The notes beneath the pieces were generated by a model. It made no database searches. It saw only the letters and a list, made by a program, of their open reading frames with translations, and was not told the DNA's origin. From Candidatus Nanopelagicales bacterium (lineage in GTDB: Bacteria; Actinomycetota; Actinomycetes; S36-B12; CAIYMF01), in contig DASSQW010000104.1 of NCBI GenBank assembly GCA_035702165.1, forward strand, positions 1-55,543: a DNA stretch of 55,543 nt, in the 5' to 3' direction. Of the stretch, positions 29,955 through 40,083 are shown one piece after another. The position numbers were made by a program, and so were the translations under genes. Position 1 is the first letter of the stretch; each line of letters opens with the position of its first letter.

Positions 29955-31004
29955 ATGCGTCTCGGGGTCAACCTCGGCTACTGGGGAGCCGGCAACGACG
30001 CGGACAACCTGGTCCTCGCGCGCGAGGCCGACCGGCTCGGGTACTCCTCGGTGTGGGCTGCCGAGGCCTACGGCTCCGACGCCGCCACGGTGCTCGCCTG
30101 GGTGGCAGCGCAGACCGAGCGCATCGACGTCGGCTCCGCGGTCTTCCAGATCCCCGGCCGTACACCGGCCAACTGCGCGATGACCGCGGCCACCCTCGAC
30201 ACCCTGTCCGGCGGCCGGTTCCGTCTCGGCCTCGGCGTCTCCGGGCCGAAGGTCTCCGAGGGCTGGCACGGAGTGCGCTTCGACAAGCCGTTGGCGCGCA
30301 CGCGCGAGTACGTCGACATCGTGAAGCTGGCGCTCTCGCGCCGGAAGGTGCAGTACGACGGCGAGTTCTTCACCCTGCCGCTGCCCGACGGACCGGGGAA
30401 GGCGCTCGTGCTCACCGTGCACCCGGTACGCCCCGAGATCCCGATCTACCTCGCGGCCATCGGCCCGAAGAACCTCGAGCTCGCCGGCGAGATCGCCGAC
30501 GGGCTGCTCGCCATCTTCTTCTCGCCCGAGCACTCGTCCGAGCTGCTCGGCCACGTCGCCGCGGGCCGGGCCAAGGCGGGCAGGACCCTCGACGGCTTCG
30601 ACCTGGTCCCGACCGTGCCCGTCGTCCTGGGCGACGACCTCGAGGCATGCGCAGCGCCGGTGCGGGCCTACAGCGCGCTGTACATCGGCGGCATGGGCAG
30701 CCGCGACAAGAACTTCTACAACCAGCTCGCCGTGCGCATGGGCTACGACGCGGCCGCTGCCGAGGTCCAGGACAAGTACCTCGCGCGCGACTACGACGGC
30801 GCCGCCGCGGCCGTGCCGTTCGAGTTCATCGACAGCACGTCGCTCATCGGCCCGCCCGGTCGCGTCGAGGAGCGGCTGCACGTGCTGGCCGAGGCAGGCG
30901 TGACGACGCTCTCCGTCGCGACGTACTCGGCGAACCTTGACGAAAGACTGAACACGCTGCGGACCATGGCGGAGATCCTCGACCGTTCCGGCCTGGGAGA
31001 ATGA
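29955..31004 (+). CDS. LLM class F420-dependent oxidoreductase
   Basis: MRLGVNLGYWG, AEAYGSDA, GRFRLGLGVSGP, AAIGPKN, YIGGMGSRDKNFYN. Confidence 0.93.
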   Translation: MRLGVNLGYWGAGNDADNLVLAREADRLGYSSVWAAEAYGSDAATVLAWVAAQTERIDVGSAVFQIPGRTPANCAMTAATLDTLSGGRFRLGLGVSGPKVSEGWHGVRFDKPLARTREYVDIVKLALSRRKVQYDGEFFTLPLPDGPGKALVLTVHPVRPEIPIYLAAIGPKNLELAGEIADGLLAIFFSPEHSSELLGHVAAGRAKAGRTLDGFDLVPTVPVVLGDDLEACAAPVRAYSALYIGGMGSRDKNFYNQLAVRMGYDAAAAEVQDKYLARDYDGAAAAVPFEFIDSTSLIGPPGRVEERLHVLAEAGVTTLSVATYSANLDERLNTLRTMAEILDRSGLGE

Positions 31005-31008
31005 CGGC

Positions 31009-31830
31009 GTGAACTACGTCGAGGCCGTCGTCCTCGGGATCGTCCAGGGCCTCACGGAGTTCCTCCCGATCTCGTCGACCGCCCACCTGCGCATCGTCCC
31101 CCAGATCTTCGGCTGGCCCGACCCAGGTGCGGCCTTCACCGCCGTGGTGCAGCTCGGCACGATGGCGGCGGTCCTGCTGTTCTTCTGGCGCGACCTCGTG
31201 CGTATCGTCGCGGCCTGGGCGCGGTCGCTGTTCACCCCGTCGCTGCGCGGCGCGCTCGACGCGCGGATGGGGTGGTACATCATCCTCGGCACCGTTCCGA
31301 TCGCCGTCCTGGGCCTGGTCTTCAAGGACCAGATCGAGACGGGCGCGCGGGACCTGCGCATCATCGGCTGGGTGCTGATCCTGTTCGGCGTCGTCCTGTG
31401 GCTGATCGACAAGGTGGCACCGCAGGCCAAGGACGTCGAGGACCTCACCCTGCGCGACGGCCTGCTCTTCGGCCTGGCCCAGGCCCTCGCCCTCGTGCCC
31501 GGCGTCTCGCGCTCGGGCGCGACCATCACCGCCGGGCGCGCGCTGTCGTACTCGCGCGAGTCCGCCGCGCGCTTCTCGTTCCTGCTGTCGGTGCCGGCGG
31601 TCGTGCTCTCGGGGCTCTTCGAGGCCCGCAAGCTCGGCGACGCCGGCGGGCCCCAGTGGGGTCCCACGATCGTCGCGACGGTCGTCGCCTTCGTCGTCGG
31701 GTACGCCGCCATCGCGTGGTTGCTGCGCTGGCTGGCCAACCACTCGATGCTCGTCTTCGCGGTCTACCGCGTCGTGGTGGGCGCGATCATCCTGGCGCTG
31801 GTCTACGGCGGGGTCTGGGCCGCGACCTGA
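31009..31830 (+). CDS. uppP: Undecaprenyl-diphosphate phosphatase (BacA)
   Basis: GIVQGLTEFLPISSTAH, QALALVPGVSRSGATI, AARFSFLL. Confidence 0.96.
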   Translation: MNYVEAVVLGIVQGLTEFLPISSTAHLRIVPQIFGWPDPGAAFTAVVQLGTMAAVLLFFWRDLVRIVAAWARSLFTPSLRGALDARMGWYIILGTVPIAVLGLVFKDQIETGARDLRIIGWVLILFGVVLWLIDKVAPQAKDVEDLTLRDGLLFGLAQALALVPGVSRSGATITAGRALSYSRESAARFSFLLSVPAVVLSGLFEARKLGDAGGPQWGPTIVATVVAFVVGYAAIAWLLRWLANHSMLVFAVYRVVVGAIILALVYGGVWAAT

Positions 31831-32846
31831 CCGTTCCTGGCCGGCGCGCGCCCGACCGCGACGGGCACGAAGCCCGGCACCACCTCCACGTCGACGAAGC
31901 CCGCGGCGCGCATCTCGTCGGCGACCTGCTCGCTCGAGGTCGTCGGCACGCCCCACGTGGTCCACAGCAGCGAGTCGACCGCTGCGTCGCGCGCCTCGTC
32001 GTCGTACGGCGGCCGGATCTCGGCGACGTCCGGCGCGGGCGCGAGCAGGACGCCCCCCTCGCGCAGGCATGCCGACGCGGTCGCGAGGGCACCGGCGCGA
32101 CTCGGTCGCGGGAAGAAGAACTGGCTCCAGAAGCACACGTCGAACTCGTCGTCGTCGCGGAAGCGTGTGGCGTCGCCCGTCACGATGCGGCAGCGGTCGT
32201 CGAGGCCGAGCTCCACCGCCGACGCGCGCGCCTCGGCCGCCAGGACGTCCGACAGCTCCACGCCCACGCCCTCGAGATGCGGGTGCAGCCGCAGCTGTGC
32301 GAGCAGGGCGCCGCCCACCCCGCAGCCCAGCTCGAGGTAGCGCCGTCCCTCGCGCAGGGCGTCGGCGACGGTCGGGATCCGCTCTGCGGCGGAACGGCGT
32401 ACCGCGAGTGCGACGTCGCTGCGCGGGTCGAAGGTGACGCCACGGGCCAGCTGGAGCTGGGTGCGCGGGTCGGTGGACCAGTAGTCCTCGCCAGTGCCCA
32501 GCGCGCGCACCAGGGCGGTGCGTGCCTGGCCGTGGCCCAGCGCGTCGAGGAGCAGCCGTTCGCCGTCGGGCACTGCGAACTCCGACCACTCCGCGCATGC
32601 GACGAGCCCGGCGTCCGCTGCTTCGAGAACCCCGTGCGCCAGCAGCGCATCGACGAAGCGGGCCGGCACCGTGCCGCCCCAGGGGAGCGCCGCCTCGACA
32701 TCGGCACGCGAGACGGGTGCGGCGCAGCGCAGCAGCGTCCCGGTGCGGGCCGCGACCTCGACGACGGCGAGTCGCTCGGCCGCGGCGTTCAGCCCGTAGA
32801 CCCGGTCCAGCCCCCCGAGCAGCCGGTCGGCGGCGTCGTCCGTCAC
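31803..32846 (-). CDS. Class I SAM-dependent methyltransferase
   Basis: YLELGCGVG, GVELS, GDAT, EFDV, LREGG, AAGF; GTG 8 nt after the corA stop. Confidence 0.85.
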   Translation of the reverse strand: MTDDAADRLLGGLDRVYGLNAAAERLAVVEVAARTGTLLRCAAPVSRADVEAALPWGGTVPARFVDALLAHGVLEAADAGLVACAEWSEFAVPDGERLLLDALGHGQARTALVRALGTGEDYWSTDPRTQLQLARGVTFDPRSDVALAVRRSAAERIPTVADALREGRRYLELGCGVGGALLAQLRLHPHLEGVGVELSDVLAAEARASAVELGLDDRCRIVTGDATRFRDDDEFDVCFWSQFFFPRPSRAGALATASACLREGGVLLAPAPDVAEIRPPYDDEARDAAVDSLLWTTWGVPTTSSEQVADEMRAAGFVDVEVVPGFVPVAVGRAPARNGQVAAQTPP

Positions 32847-32854
32847 CGCCGCCC

Positions 32855-33877
32855 CTACAGCCAGCCGCTGCGCTTGAACGCGCGGAAGAGCAGGATGCAG
32901 GCGGTCGCCATGAGGACGAGCACGCCGTAGTAGCCCAGGCCCCAGTGCAGCTCGGGCATGTTGTCGAAGTTCATGCCGTAGATGCCGGCGATCATCGTGG
33001 GCACCGCCGCGATGGCCACCCAGGCGGAGATCTTGCGCATGTCGTCGTTCTGCTGCACGGCCTGGCGCGAGCGCGCTGCCTCGAGGACCGTGCCCAGCAG
33101 GACGTCGTGCTGCGCCGACAGGTCGCTCACGCGCAGGATGTGGTCGCCCAGGTCGTGGTAGAAGGGCCGCAGCTTCTCGGGCACCTCGACCAGCTCGTGG
33201 TCGAGCAGGCGCAACGCCGTGGTGCGCAAGGGATCGACGGCGCGGCGCACCTCGAGGTTCTCGCGCTTGAGCTTGTAGATGAGCGCCGCGTCGTCCGTGC
33301 GCTCGGGGGAGAACACCCTCTCCTCCACCTGGCTGATGTCGATCGCGAGCTCGTCGACGACCTCCTGGTAGCCGTCGACGGTGACGTCGAGCACGCCGTG
33401 CAGCACAGCGAGCGGTCCCAGCGCGAGCTGGTCGGAATCCTCCTCGAGGTCGCTGCGCAACCCGGTCAGGTCGCCGACGTCGCCGATGCGCACCGTGAGG
33501 ACGTAGCCGTGCCCGACCCACACCGCGATCTGCGCGGTCTCGACGTCGGACGTCTCCTCGATGTAGCCGAGCACCTTGACCACCGCGAACACGCGGTCGT
33601 CGCGCACCTCGAGGTGCGCGCGCTGGCGGATCGAGAGGGAGTCGTCGACCTGCAGCGCATCGATGCCGAAGACCGACGCGACGAGGTCGATCTCCTCCCG
33701 GGAGGGGTCGCGCAGCCCGAGCCACACGAAGCTGTCGATGCCCCCGGCCTTCGCCTCGGCCCACATCGTCCGCAGCACAGGCAGGTCGGGCTCCACGAAA
33801 GTCGCCTCGGGCGTGAGGTGGCCGTGCACCGGCACGTGGGGGGCACCGTCGACGTAGACGCCGATTCCGCGGATCAC
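32855..33877 (-). CDS. corA: CorA family Mg/Co transporter
   Basis: QNDDMRKISAW, IAGIYGMNFDNMPELHW (GMN motif), FKRSGWL. Confidence 0.95.
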   Translation of the reverse strand: MIRGIGVYVDGAPHVPVHGHLTPEATFVEPDLPVLRTMWAEAKAGGIDSFVWLGLRDPSREEIDLVASVFGIDALQVDDSLSIRQRAHLEVRDDRVFAVVKVLGYIEETSDVETAQIAVWVGHGYVLTVRIGDVGDLTGLRSDLEEDSDQLALGPLAVLHGVLDVTVDGYQEVVDELAIDISQVEERVFSPERTDDAALIYKLKRENLEVRRAVDPLRTTALRLLDHELVEVPEKLRPFYHDLGDHILRVSDLSAQHDVLLGTVLEAARSRQAVQQNDDMRKISAWVAIAAVPTMIAGIYGMNFDNMPELHWGLGYYGVLVLMATACILLFRAFKRSGWL

Positions 33878-33925
33878 GCCCTCATCGTGTCAGCCCGCAC
33901 GCCCGACGGCCCGTAAGGTCGGGAC

Positions 33926-34633
33926 GTGCCCACCGTGATCCTCGTCCGCCACGGCCGTACCGCAGCGAACGCGAGCGGTGTCCTGGCCGGCTGGACGCCC
34001 GGCGTCCACCTCGACGACAAGGGTCGGGAGCAGGCCGCTGCGCTCGGCACCCGGATGCGCGCGGTGCCGCTCGCCGCAGTGGTGACCAGCCCGCTGGAAC
34101 GCACCCGCGAGACGGCGCAGGCGCTGCTCGCCGACCGCGACCCGGAACCGCCCCTCCACGTCGACGACCGTGTCGGGGAGGCGAAGTACGGCGACTGGAC
34201 CAACCAGCCGTTGAAGACGCTCGCCAAGGAACCGCTGTGGAAGGTGGTGCAGGCGCATCCGAGCGCCGCGGTCTTCCCCGGTCGCGACGGCGAGGGTCTC
34301 GCCGACATGTCGGCGCGCGCCGTCACCGCCGTACGGGACTGGAACGCGCGGCTGTCCGGCGACGGCGACCCGACGTACGCCGTCGTCTCGCACGGAGACG
34401 TCATCAAGGCGATCGTGGCCGACGCGCTCGGGCTGCACCTCGACGCCTTCCAGCGGATCACGATCGACCCCTGCTCGGTGACGATCATCCGCTACACCGA
34501 CCTGCGCCCCTTCGTGGTGCGCGTCAACGACGTCGGCGGCGACCTGTCGGGTCTGGTGCCGCCGACCCGGAGCCGTGGTCGTCGTCGCAAGCCCTCGTCG
34601 GACGCGGCGGTCGGCGGGGGAGCGGGCGCCTGA
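33926..34633 (+). CDS. Histidine phosphatase / putative phosphomutase (MSMEG_4193 family)
   Basis: LVRHGRT, SPLERTRETA, VSHGDVIK, LHLDAFQRI, VGGGAG tail. Confidence 0.93.
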   Translation: MPTVILVRHGRTAANASGVLAGWTPGVHLDDKGREQAAALGTRMRAVPLAAVVTSPLERTRETAQALLADRDPEPPLHVDDRVGEAKYGDWTNQPLKTLAKEPLWKVVQAHPSAAVFPGRDGEGLADMSARAVTAVRDWNARLSGDGDPTYAVVSHGDVIKAIVADALGLHLDAFQRITIDPCSVTIIRYTDLRPFVVRVNDVGGDLSGLVPPTRSRGRRRKPSSDAAVGGGAGA

Positions 34634-34654
34634 GGCCCGGGATAGGGTCGTCAG

Positions 34655-35218
34655 GTGCCACGCCAGCTCTTCGAATTCGACCAGCCCGAGCGCTTCGTCG
34701 CCGGCACCGTCGGACAGCCCGGCGAGCGCCAGTTCTTCCTGCAGGCGCGCGACGGCGCGCGCGTCGTGTCCGTCGCGCTGGAGAAGCAGCAGGTGCAGGT
34801 GCTCGCCGAGCGCGTCGACGGCCTGCTCGACGAGGTCGTGCGCCGCAGCGGCGGCGAGGCCCCGGTTCCCGCCACCGCGCCGCTGGGCAGCGAGGACCTC
34901 GAGCCGCTCGAGGCCCCGGTGACCGAGGAGTTCCGCGTCGGCGCGATGGCGCTGGGCTGGAACGGCGACACCGAGCTGGTGATCATCGAGGCGCACGAGG
35001 TCGTGGAGGACGAGGAGGCCGAGGTCCCCGACCTCGAGGAGGACCCCGACGACGGGCCGGCATGCCTGCGCGTCCGGCTCACGGGTGCAGGTGCGCGCGC
35101 GTTCGCGAAGCGGGCGATGTCGGTCGTGTCGGCCGGCCGCCCGCCGTGCCCGTTCTGCAACCTCCCGCTCGAGCCCTCCGGCCACATCTGCCCGCGGGCC
35201 AACGGCTACCGGCGCTGA
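34655..35218 (+). CDS. DUF3090 family protein
   Basis: RFVAGTVGQPGERQFFLQA, LEKQQV, AGRPPCPFC..PL...GHICPRANG. Confidence 0.93.
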   Translation: MPRQLFEFDQPERFVAGTVGQPGERQFFLQARDGARVVSVALEKQQVQVLAERVDGLLDEVVRRSGGEAPVPATAPLGSEDLEPLEAPVTEEFRVGAMALGWNGDTELVIIEAHEVVEDEEAEVPDLEEDPDDGPACLRVRLTGAGARAFAKRAMSVVSAGRPPCPFCNLPLEPSGHICPRANGYRR

Positions 35219-35220
35219 CC

Positions 35221-36048
35221 GTGCTCGGCAAGGACGACCTCCTGGAGGTCCTGGCCCGCGGCACCCTCACGGTCGAGGGCCGGCTGGTCGACGCGAGCAA
35301 CGCGACGCTGCTCGCGCTCTGCACCCTCGACGAGGTCGAGGTCATGTGCGTCTACAAGCCGACGGCGGGTGAGCGACCGCTCTGGGACTTCCCCGACGCC
35401 ACGCTGGGCCTGCGCGAGGTGGCGGCGTACGAGGTGTCGGCGGCGGCGGGCTGGGACGTCGTACCGCCCACGGTGTGGCGCGACGACGGGCCGTTCGGCC
35501 AGGGCATGGCGCAGGCGTGGGTCACCGCACCCGGCGGCGGCGACATGGAGCCGGGCGGCGGCCTCGTGGACGTCGTCGCCCGGAACGCCGTGCCCACGGG
35601 CTGGCGCGAGGTCATCGAGGCCCACGGCGAAGGCGGCAAGCCCGTCACCCTGGTGCATGCCGACGACGCCAGCCTGCGGCGGATGTGCGTGTTCGACTCG
35701 GTCGTGAACAACGCCGACCGCAAGGGCGGCCACGTCCTGCACGGCCACGTCGTGCCCGACGACGAGCCGGCGACGTACGGCGTCGACCACGGGGTGACGT
35801 TCAGCGAGGACGAGAAGCTGCGCACGGTGCTCTGGGGCTGGGCCGGAGAGCCGCTCGACGACGAGCTCGTGGAGGACCTCGAGCGTCTCGGTGACGCGCT
35901 CGACGGCGTCCTCGGCGGCACGCTGTCGCTCCTGCTCACCCGTCGCGAGATAGCACGCACCAAGCAGCGCGTCGCCCGACGTCTGCGCGAGGCCGCGTTC
36001 CCGCTCCCCGGCGACGGCTGGCCGTCGCTGCCCTGGCCCGCGTTCTGA
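35221..36048 (+). CDS. SCO1664 family protein (PI3/4-kinase-like fold)
   Basis: ASNAT, VYKP..GERPLWDFP, REVAAY, NNADRKGGH, GVDHG, KLRTVLWGW. Confidence 0.93.
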   Translation: MLGKDDLLEVLARGTLTVEGRLVDASNATLLALCTLDEVEVMCVYKPTAGERPLWDFPDATLGLREVAAYEVSAAAGWDVVPPTVWRDDGPFGQGMAQAWVTAPGGGDMEPGGGLVDVVARNAVPTGWREVIEAHGEGGKPVTLVHADDASLRRMCVFDSVVNNADRKGGHVLHGHVVPDDEPATYGVDHGVTFSEDEKLRTVLWGWAGEPLDDELVEDLERLGDALDGVLGGTLSLLLTRREIARTKQRVARRLREAAFPLPGDGWPSLPWPAF

Positions 36049-36119
36049 CCCCCCACGTGCGTGCAGCCGGCGGGGACGTGCCGACGGGCGGGCCGCGGCC
36101 CACGCCCTAGGATCGCCGC

Positions 36120-37358
36120 ATGCACTCGTGGCCGCGTCCGGACGTCCCTTCCCTGCCAGGGAGCGGCCTGCCGCTGCGGCTGCACGACACCAGCGCGCGC
36201 GAGGTCCGGGCCACCGCACCCGGCGACGTCGCGACGATCTACGTCTGCGGGATCACGCCGTACGACGCGACCCACATGGGCCATGCGGCCACGTACGTCA
36301 CCTTCGACCTCGTGCAACGCGTCTGGCTCGATGCCGGGCACGAGGTGCACTACGTGCAGAACGTCACCGACGTCGACGACCCGCTGCTGGCCCGCGCGCT
36401 GGAGACCGGTGACGACTGGATGGCGCTCGCGGACCGCGAGACCCAGCTCTTCCGCGAGGACATGACCGAGCTCGCCGTCATCCCGCCTCGGCACTACATC
36501 GGCGCCGTCGAGTCGATCCCCGCGGTGCTGCGCTACATCGAGAAGCTGCAGTCGGCCGGTGCCGTCTACGACGTCGACGGCGACCTCTACTTCCGCGTGC
36601 ACGCCGACGAGCGCTTCGGCTCGGTCGCGGGCCTCTCGTCGGAGGAGATGCTGCGCATCTTCTCCGAGCGGGGAGGCGACCCCGACCGCGCGGGCAAGGA
36701 GCACCCCCTCGACTGCCTGCTCTGGCAGCTCGAGCGCCCCGGCGAGCCCGCCTGGGACAGCCCGTTCGGCCGCGGCCGCCCGGGCTGGCACATCGAGTGC
36801 TCCGCGATCGCGCTGGACCACCTCGGATCGCCGATCGACGTGCAGGGCGGTGGGAGCGACCTGGCCTTCCCGCACCACGAGATGGGCGCCTCGGAGGCGC
36901 AGATCGCCACCGGCGCCTGGCCCTACGCGCGCCACTACACGCACGCGGCGATGGTGCGCCTCGACGGCGAGAAGATGAGCAAGTCGCGCGGGAACCTCGT
37001 GTTCGTCTCGAGGCTGCGTCGCGCGGGCCACGACGCCAACGCCATCCGGCTCGCGATCCTCGCCCACCACTACCGCACCGACTGGGACTGGACCGACGAG
37101 GGTCTGGCCGAGGCGGAGAACCGGCTCGCCGCCTGGCGTGCCGCTGTCGACGCCCCCGCCGCCGCACCCGCGGAGCCGGTCCTCGCCGCGGTGCGCGAGC
37201 GCCTCGCCGACGACCTCGACGCACCGGGTGCCCTCGCCGCCGTCGACCGCTGGGCCGAGGAGACGCGCCTGCGCGGAGGCGCCGCCGGCGCCGACGACGC
37301 CGACGCGCACCTGCTCGTCCGCGACCTCGTCGACGCGCTGCTCGGCGTACGCCTCTGA
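36120..37358 (+). CDS. mshC: Cysteine--GlcN-Ins ligase (mycothiol biosynthesis)
   Basis: [45 protein letters not shown]; lacks the CysRS anticodon domain. Confidence 0.96.
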   Translation: MHSWPRPDVPSLPGSGLPLRLHDTSAREVRATAPGDVATIYVCGITPYDATHMGHAATYVTFDLVQRVWLDAGHEVHYVQNVTDVDDPLLARALETGDDWMALADRETQLFREDMTELAVIPPRHYIGAVESIPAVLRYIEKLQSAGAVYDVDGDLYFRVHADERFGSVAGLSSEEMLRIFSERGGDPDRAGKEHPLDCLLWQLERPGEPAWDSPFGRGRPGWHIECSAIALDHLGSPIDVQGGGSDLAFPHHEMGASEAQIATGAWPYARHYTHAAMVRLDGEKMSKSRGNLVFVSRLRRAGHDANAIRLAILAHHYRTDWDWTDEGLAEAENRLAAWRAAVDAPAAAPAEPVLAAVRERLADDLDAPGALAAVDRWAEETRLRGGAAGADDADAHLLVRDLVDALLGVRL

Positions 37359-37525
37359 CGCTGCGTCGCCGTCGGCTCCCGCTCGAGTGAGCGACCGTTC
37401 GCGTCGGAGCACGCGCGACGCCCGCCGCGTCCGGTGCGCGGCTCGCGATCTCCCGGCTCGGTCAGGTTCCCCCGGCACGGTGCCGCGGGCCGCTACGGTG
37501 TGCCGCACGGGGAGGGGAGGGTGCG

Positions 37526-38869
37526 ATGGCGCACGTCCGCTGGTCCGACTCGGCGACGCCGTCGTTGCGCGACGCCGCCGCCGTCGACCTCCGCGCCGAC
37601 GAGACCCTGCTCGTGAGCGACCTCGACGGCCGGCTGGTGGGCGCCGACGAAGCGGGCGCCCTCGGCCTCGGCCCCGACGCCCTGCTCGGCCGCACCACGC
37701 GAGACCTCTCCTGGCGGCTGGTGCGGATCGACGGCAGCGCGCTCCCCGAGGACGAGAACCCGGCGGTGGTCGCGATGCGCACCGGCGCTCCCGTGCTCGA
37801 CCTCGTGCTCGGGATCGAGACGTCGTACGACGGGCTCGCCGCGCTCACCTGGTGCTCGGTGTCAGCCCTGCCGCTGCGAGGGCCCGACGGCCTGGTCGAA
37901 GGTGTCGCGACCGCGCTGCGCGACGTGTCCGCGACGCCCGAGGGACGCCGGGCGACCGCCGTCCTCGCCGACAGCCTGCGCGCCGCGAGCCACAGCGCCG
38001 ACCTGGACCAGGCCCGCTTCCGGCTGCTCGCCGAGAGCGCGGCCGACGTCGTCCTGCAGACCGACATCGCCGGCCACGTCGTCTGGGTGTCGCCGTCGGT
38101 CACCGAGGTCCTCGGCTGGGCGCCCGACGCCCTGGTCGGCTCGTCGTCGCTCCCGCTCCTGCACCCCGATGACCGCGAGCGGGCCAACGAGGTGCGCCGG
38201 CACGCGCTCTCCGCCGGGGCCGACACGGCCGTGGCGCGGTTGGAGGTGCGCTACGCGACGTCCGACGGCGGCTGGCGCTGGATGAGCGTCCTCGCGCGGC
38301 CGATGCGCGACTCGCAAGGTCAGGTCGTCGGCGGGCTGTCGGCCCTGCGCGACGTCCAGGCCGAGGTCGAGAACCGCGAGGAGCTGCGCTACCTCGCCGG
38401 CCACGACGGTCTCACCGGCCTGCTGAACCGCGAGTCGTCGCTGCGGGCGCTGGGCAAGGCGATCGATGCCGTCCGCGGCACCGGCCGCTGCGTCGGCGTC
38501 CTCTACCTCGACGTCGACCGGTTCAAGGACGTCAACGACTCGCTCGGCCATCATGCAGGCGACCGGCTCCTCATCGAGCTCTCGCGACGCCTCGTCGGCG
38601 TGCTGCGGGAGACCGACGTCGTCGGACGGCTCGGCGGCGACGAGTTCCTGGTCGTGCTGTCCGCGCTCAAGGAGCCGGGCCAGGCCGACACGCGGGCCGA
38701 ATCGCTGCTGCGCACGCTCTCGGCGCCGACCAGCGACGCGCCGACCAGCACGGTGAGCATCGGCGTGGTGACCGACGACGGAACCAGTGCCGCGGCCGAC
38801 GTCCTCCAGGCCGCCGACGACGCGCTCTACCGCGCCAAGAACGGCGGCCGCGACCGCATCTCCCGCTGA
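37526..38869 (+). CDS. PAS/PAC sensor diguanylate cyclase
   Basis: Two PAS-like regions (WVSPSV..VLGW, LHPDD); HDGLTGLLNR, DVDRFKDVNDSLGH, RLGGDEF, ADDALYRAK. Confidence 0.93.
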   Translation: MAHVRWSDSATPSLRDAAAVDLRADETLLVSDLDGRLVGADEAGALGLGPDALLGRTTRDLSWRLVRIDGSALPEDENPAVVAMRTGAPVLDLVLGIETSYDGLAALTWCSVSALPLRGPDGLVEGVATALRDVSATPEGRRATAVLADSLRAASHSADLDQARFRLLAESAADVVLQTDIAGHVVWVSPSVTEVLGWAPDALVGSSSLPLLHPDDRERANEVRRHALSAGADTAVARLEVRYATSDGGWRWMSVLARPMRDSQGQVVGGLSALRDVQAEVENREELRYLAGHDGLTGLLNRESSLRALGKAIDAVRGTGRCVGVLYLDVDRFKDVNDSLGHHAGDRLLIELSRRLVGVLRETDVVGRLGGDEFLVVLSALKEPGQADTRAESLLRTLSAPTSDAPTSTVSIGVVTDDGTSAAADVLQAADDALYRAKNGGRDRISR

Positions 38870-38947
38870 CTCGGGACAGCTCCCCGATCACATCAGGTGC
38901 AGGACTGCCCCGCTCAGCGGGGAGGGGCGCGCCGATCTCGGTCCGGG

Positions 38948-39982
38948 TCAGCCCTTCTTCTCGTCGTGGCCGCCGAACTGCTTGCGCATGGCGGAGAGCA
39001 CCTTGTCGGCGTACGTCGCCGCTCCGCGCGAGGAGAACCGGGAGAAGAGCGCGGCGCTGAGCACCGGTGCGGGGATGCCCTCCTCGATGGCTGCGATGGA
39101 GGTCCAGCGGCCCTCGCCGGAGTCCGAGACCCGGCCGCTGAACTCCTCGAGCTGCGGCGACTCCTGGAGCGCCGCTGCCGTCAGGTCGAGCAGCCACGAC
39201 GCGACGACCGAGCCGCGCCGCCACACCTCTGCGACCTTGGGCACGTCGATGTCGTACTGGTAGAACTCGGGGTGCTCGAGCGGGGCAGTCTCCGCGTCCT
39301 TGTCGCGCGTGCGGAGGCCCTCGTCGGCGTTCGCGATGATGTTGAGGCCCTCGGCGTACGCCGCCATCACGCCGTACTCGATGCCGTTGTGGACCATCTT
39401 GACGAAGTGGCCCGCGCCGTTGGGGCCGCAGTGCAGCCAGCCCTCCTCCTCCGGCGCGATGTCGCCGGTGCGGCCGGGGGTGCGCGCGACGTCGCCGAGG
39501 CCCGGAGCGATGGTGCGCCAGATCGGCGCGAGCCGGTCGACGACCTCGTCCTCGCCGCCGATCATCAGGCAGAAGCCGCGCTGCAGGCCGAAGACGCCGC
39601 CCGACGTGCCGCAGTCGACGTAGTGCAGGTCGCGCTCCTTCATCATCGCCGCGCGCCGGATGTCGTCGCGGTAGTAGGAGTTGCCGCCGTCGATGATGGC
39701 GTCGCCGGCCTCGAGGACGTCGGCGACGGCGTGCACCGTCGACTCGGTGATGTCGCCGGCCGGGACCATCACCCAGACGTGGCGCGGACCGGTCATCTTG
39801 CTCGCCAGCTCCGCGAGCGACGAGGCGCCGACGGCACCGTCGGCGACCAGCGCCTCGACGGCCGCGGGGTTGACGTCGTAGACGACGCACGAGTGGCCGT
39901 CGCGCATGAGACGGCGCACAAGACCGGCGCCCATCCGGCCGAGGCCCACCATGCCGAGCTGCATCGGGGTGTCCGTCGTCAT
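38948..39982 (-). CDS. gnd: 6-phosphogluconate dehydrogenase, decarboxylating (short type)
   Basis: GLGRMG, IDGGNS, DCGTSGG, GHFVKMVHNGIEYG, DSGEGRW, MRKQFGGH. Confidence 0.96.
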   Translation of the reverse strand: MTTDTPMQLGMVGLGRMGAGLVRRLMRDGHSCVVYDVNPAAVEALVADGAVGASSLAELASKMTGPRHVWVMVPAGDITESTVHAVADVLEAGDAIIDGGNSYYRDDIRRAAMMKERDLHYVDCGTSGGVFGLQRGFCLMIGGEDEVVDRLAPIWRTIAPGLGDVARTPGRTGDIAPEEEGWLHCGPNGAGHFVKMVHNGIEYGVMAAYAEGLNIIANADEGLRTRDKDAETAPLEHPEFYQYDIDVPKVAEVWRRGSVVASWLLDLTAAALQESPQLEEFSGRVSDSGEGRWTSIAAIEEGIPAPVLSAALFSRFSSRGAATYADKVLSAMRKQFGGHDEKKG

Positions 39983-40083
39983 GGTGCTGCCTTCCCTGGG
40001 TGCGTGCAGGACGGGTCTCGCTAGGTTGGTACCAGCGAGACTAGGGGACGCGCGAGCGTCCGGGCGGGTCGGAAGGAGACGTG

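Noticed and set aside
36120-37358. cysS (cysteinyl-tRNA synthetase)
   Set aside because: [12 protein letters not shown] signature, shorter length and SCO1664 context indicate MshC
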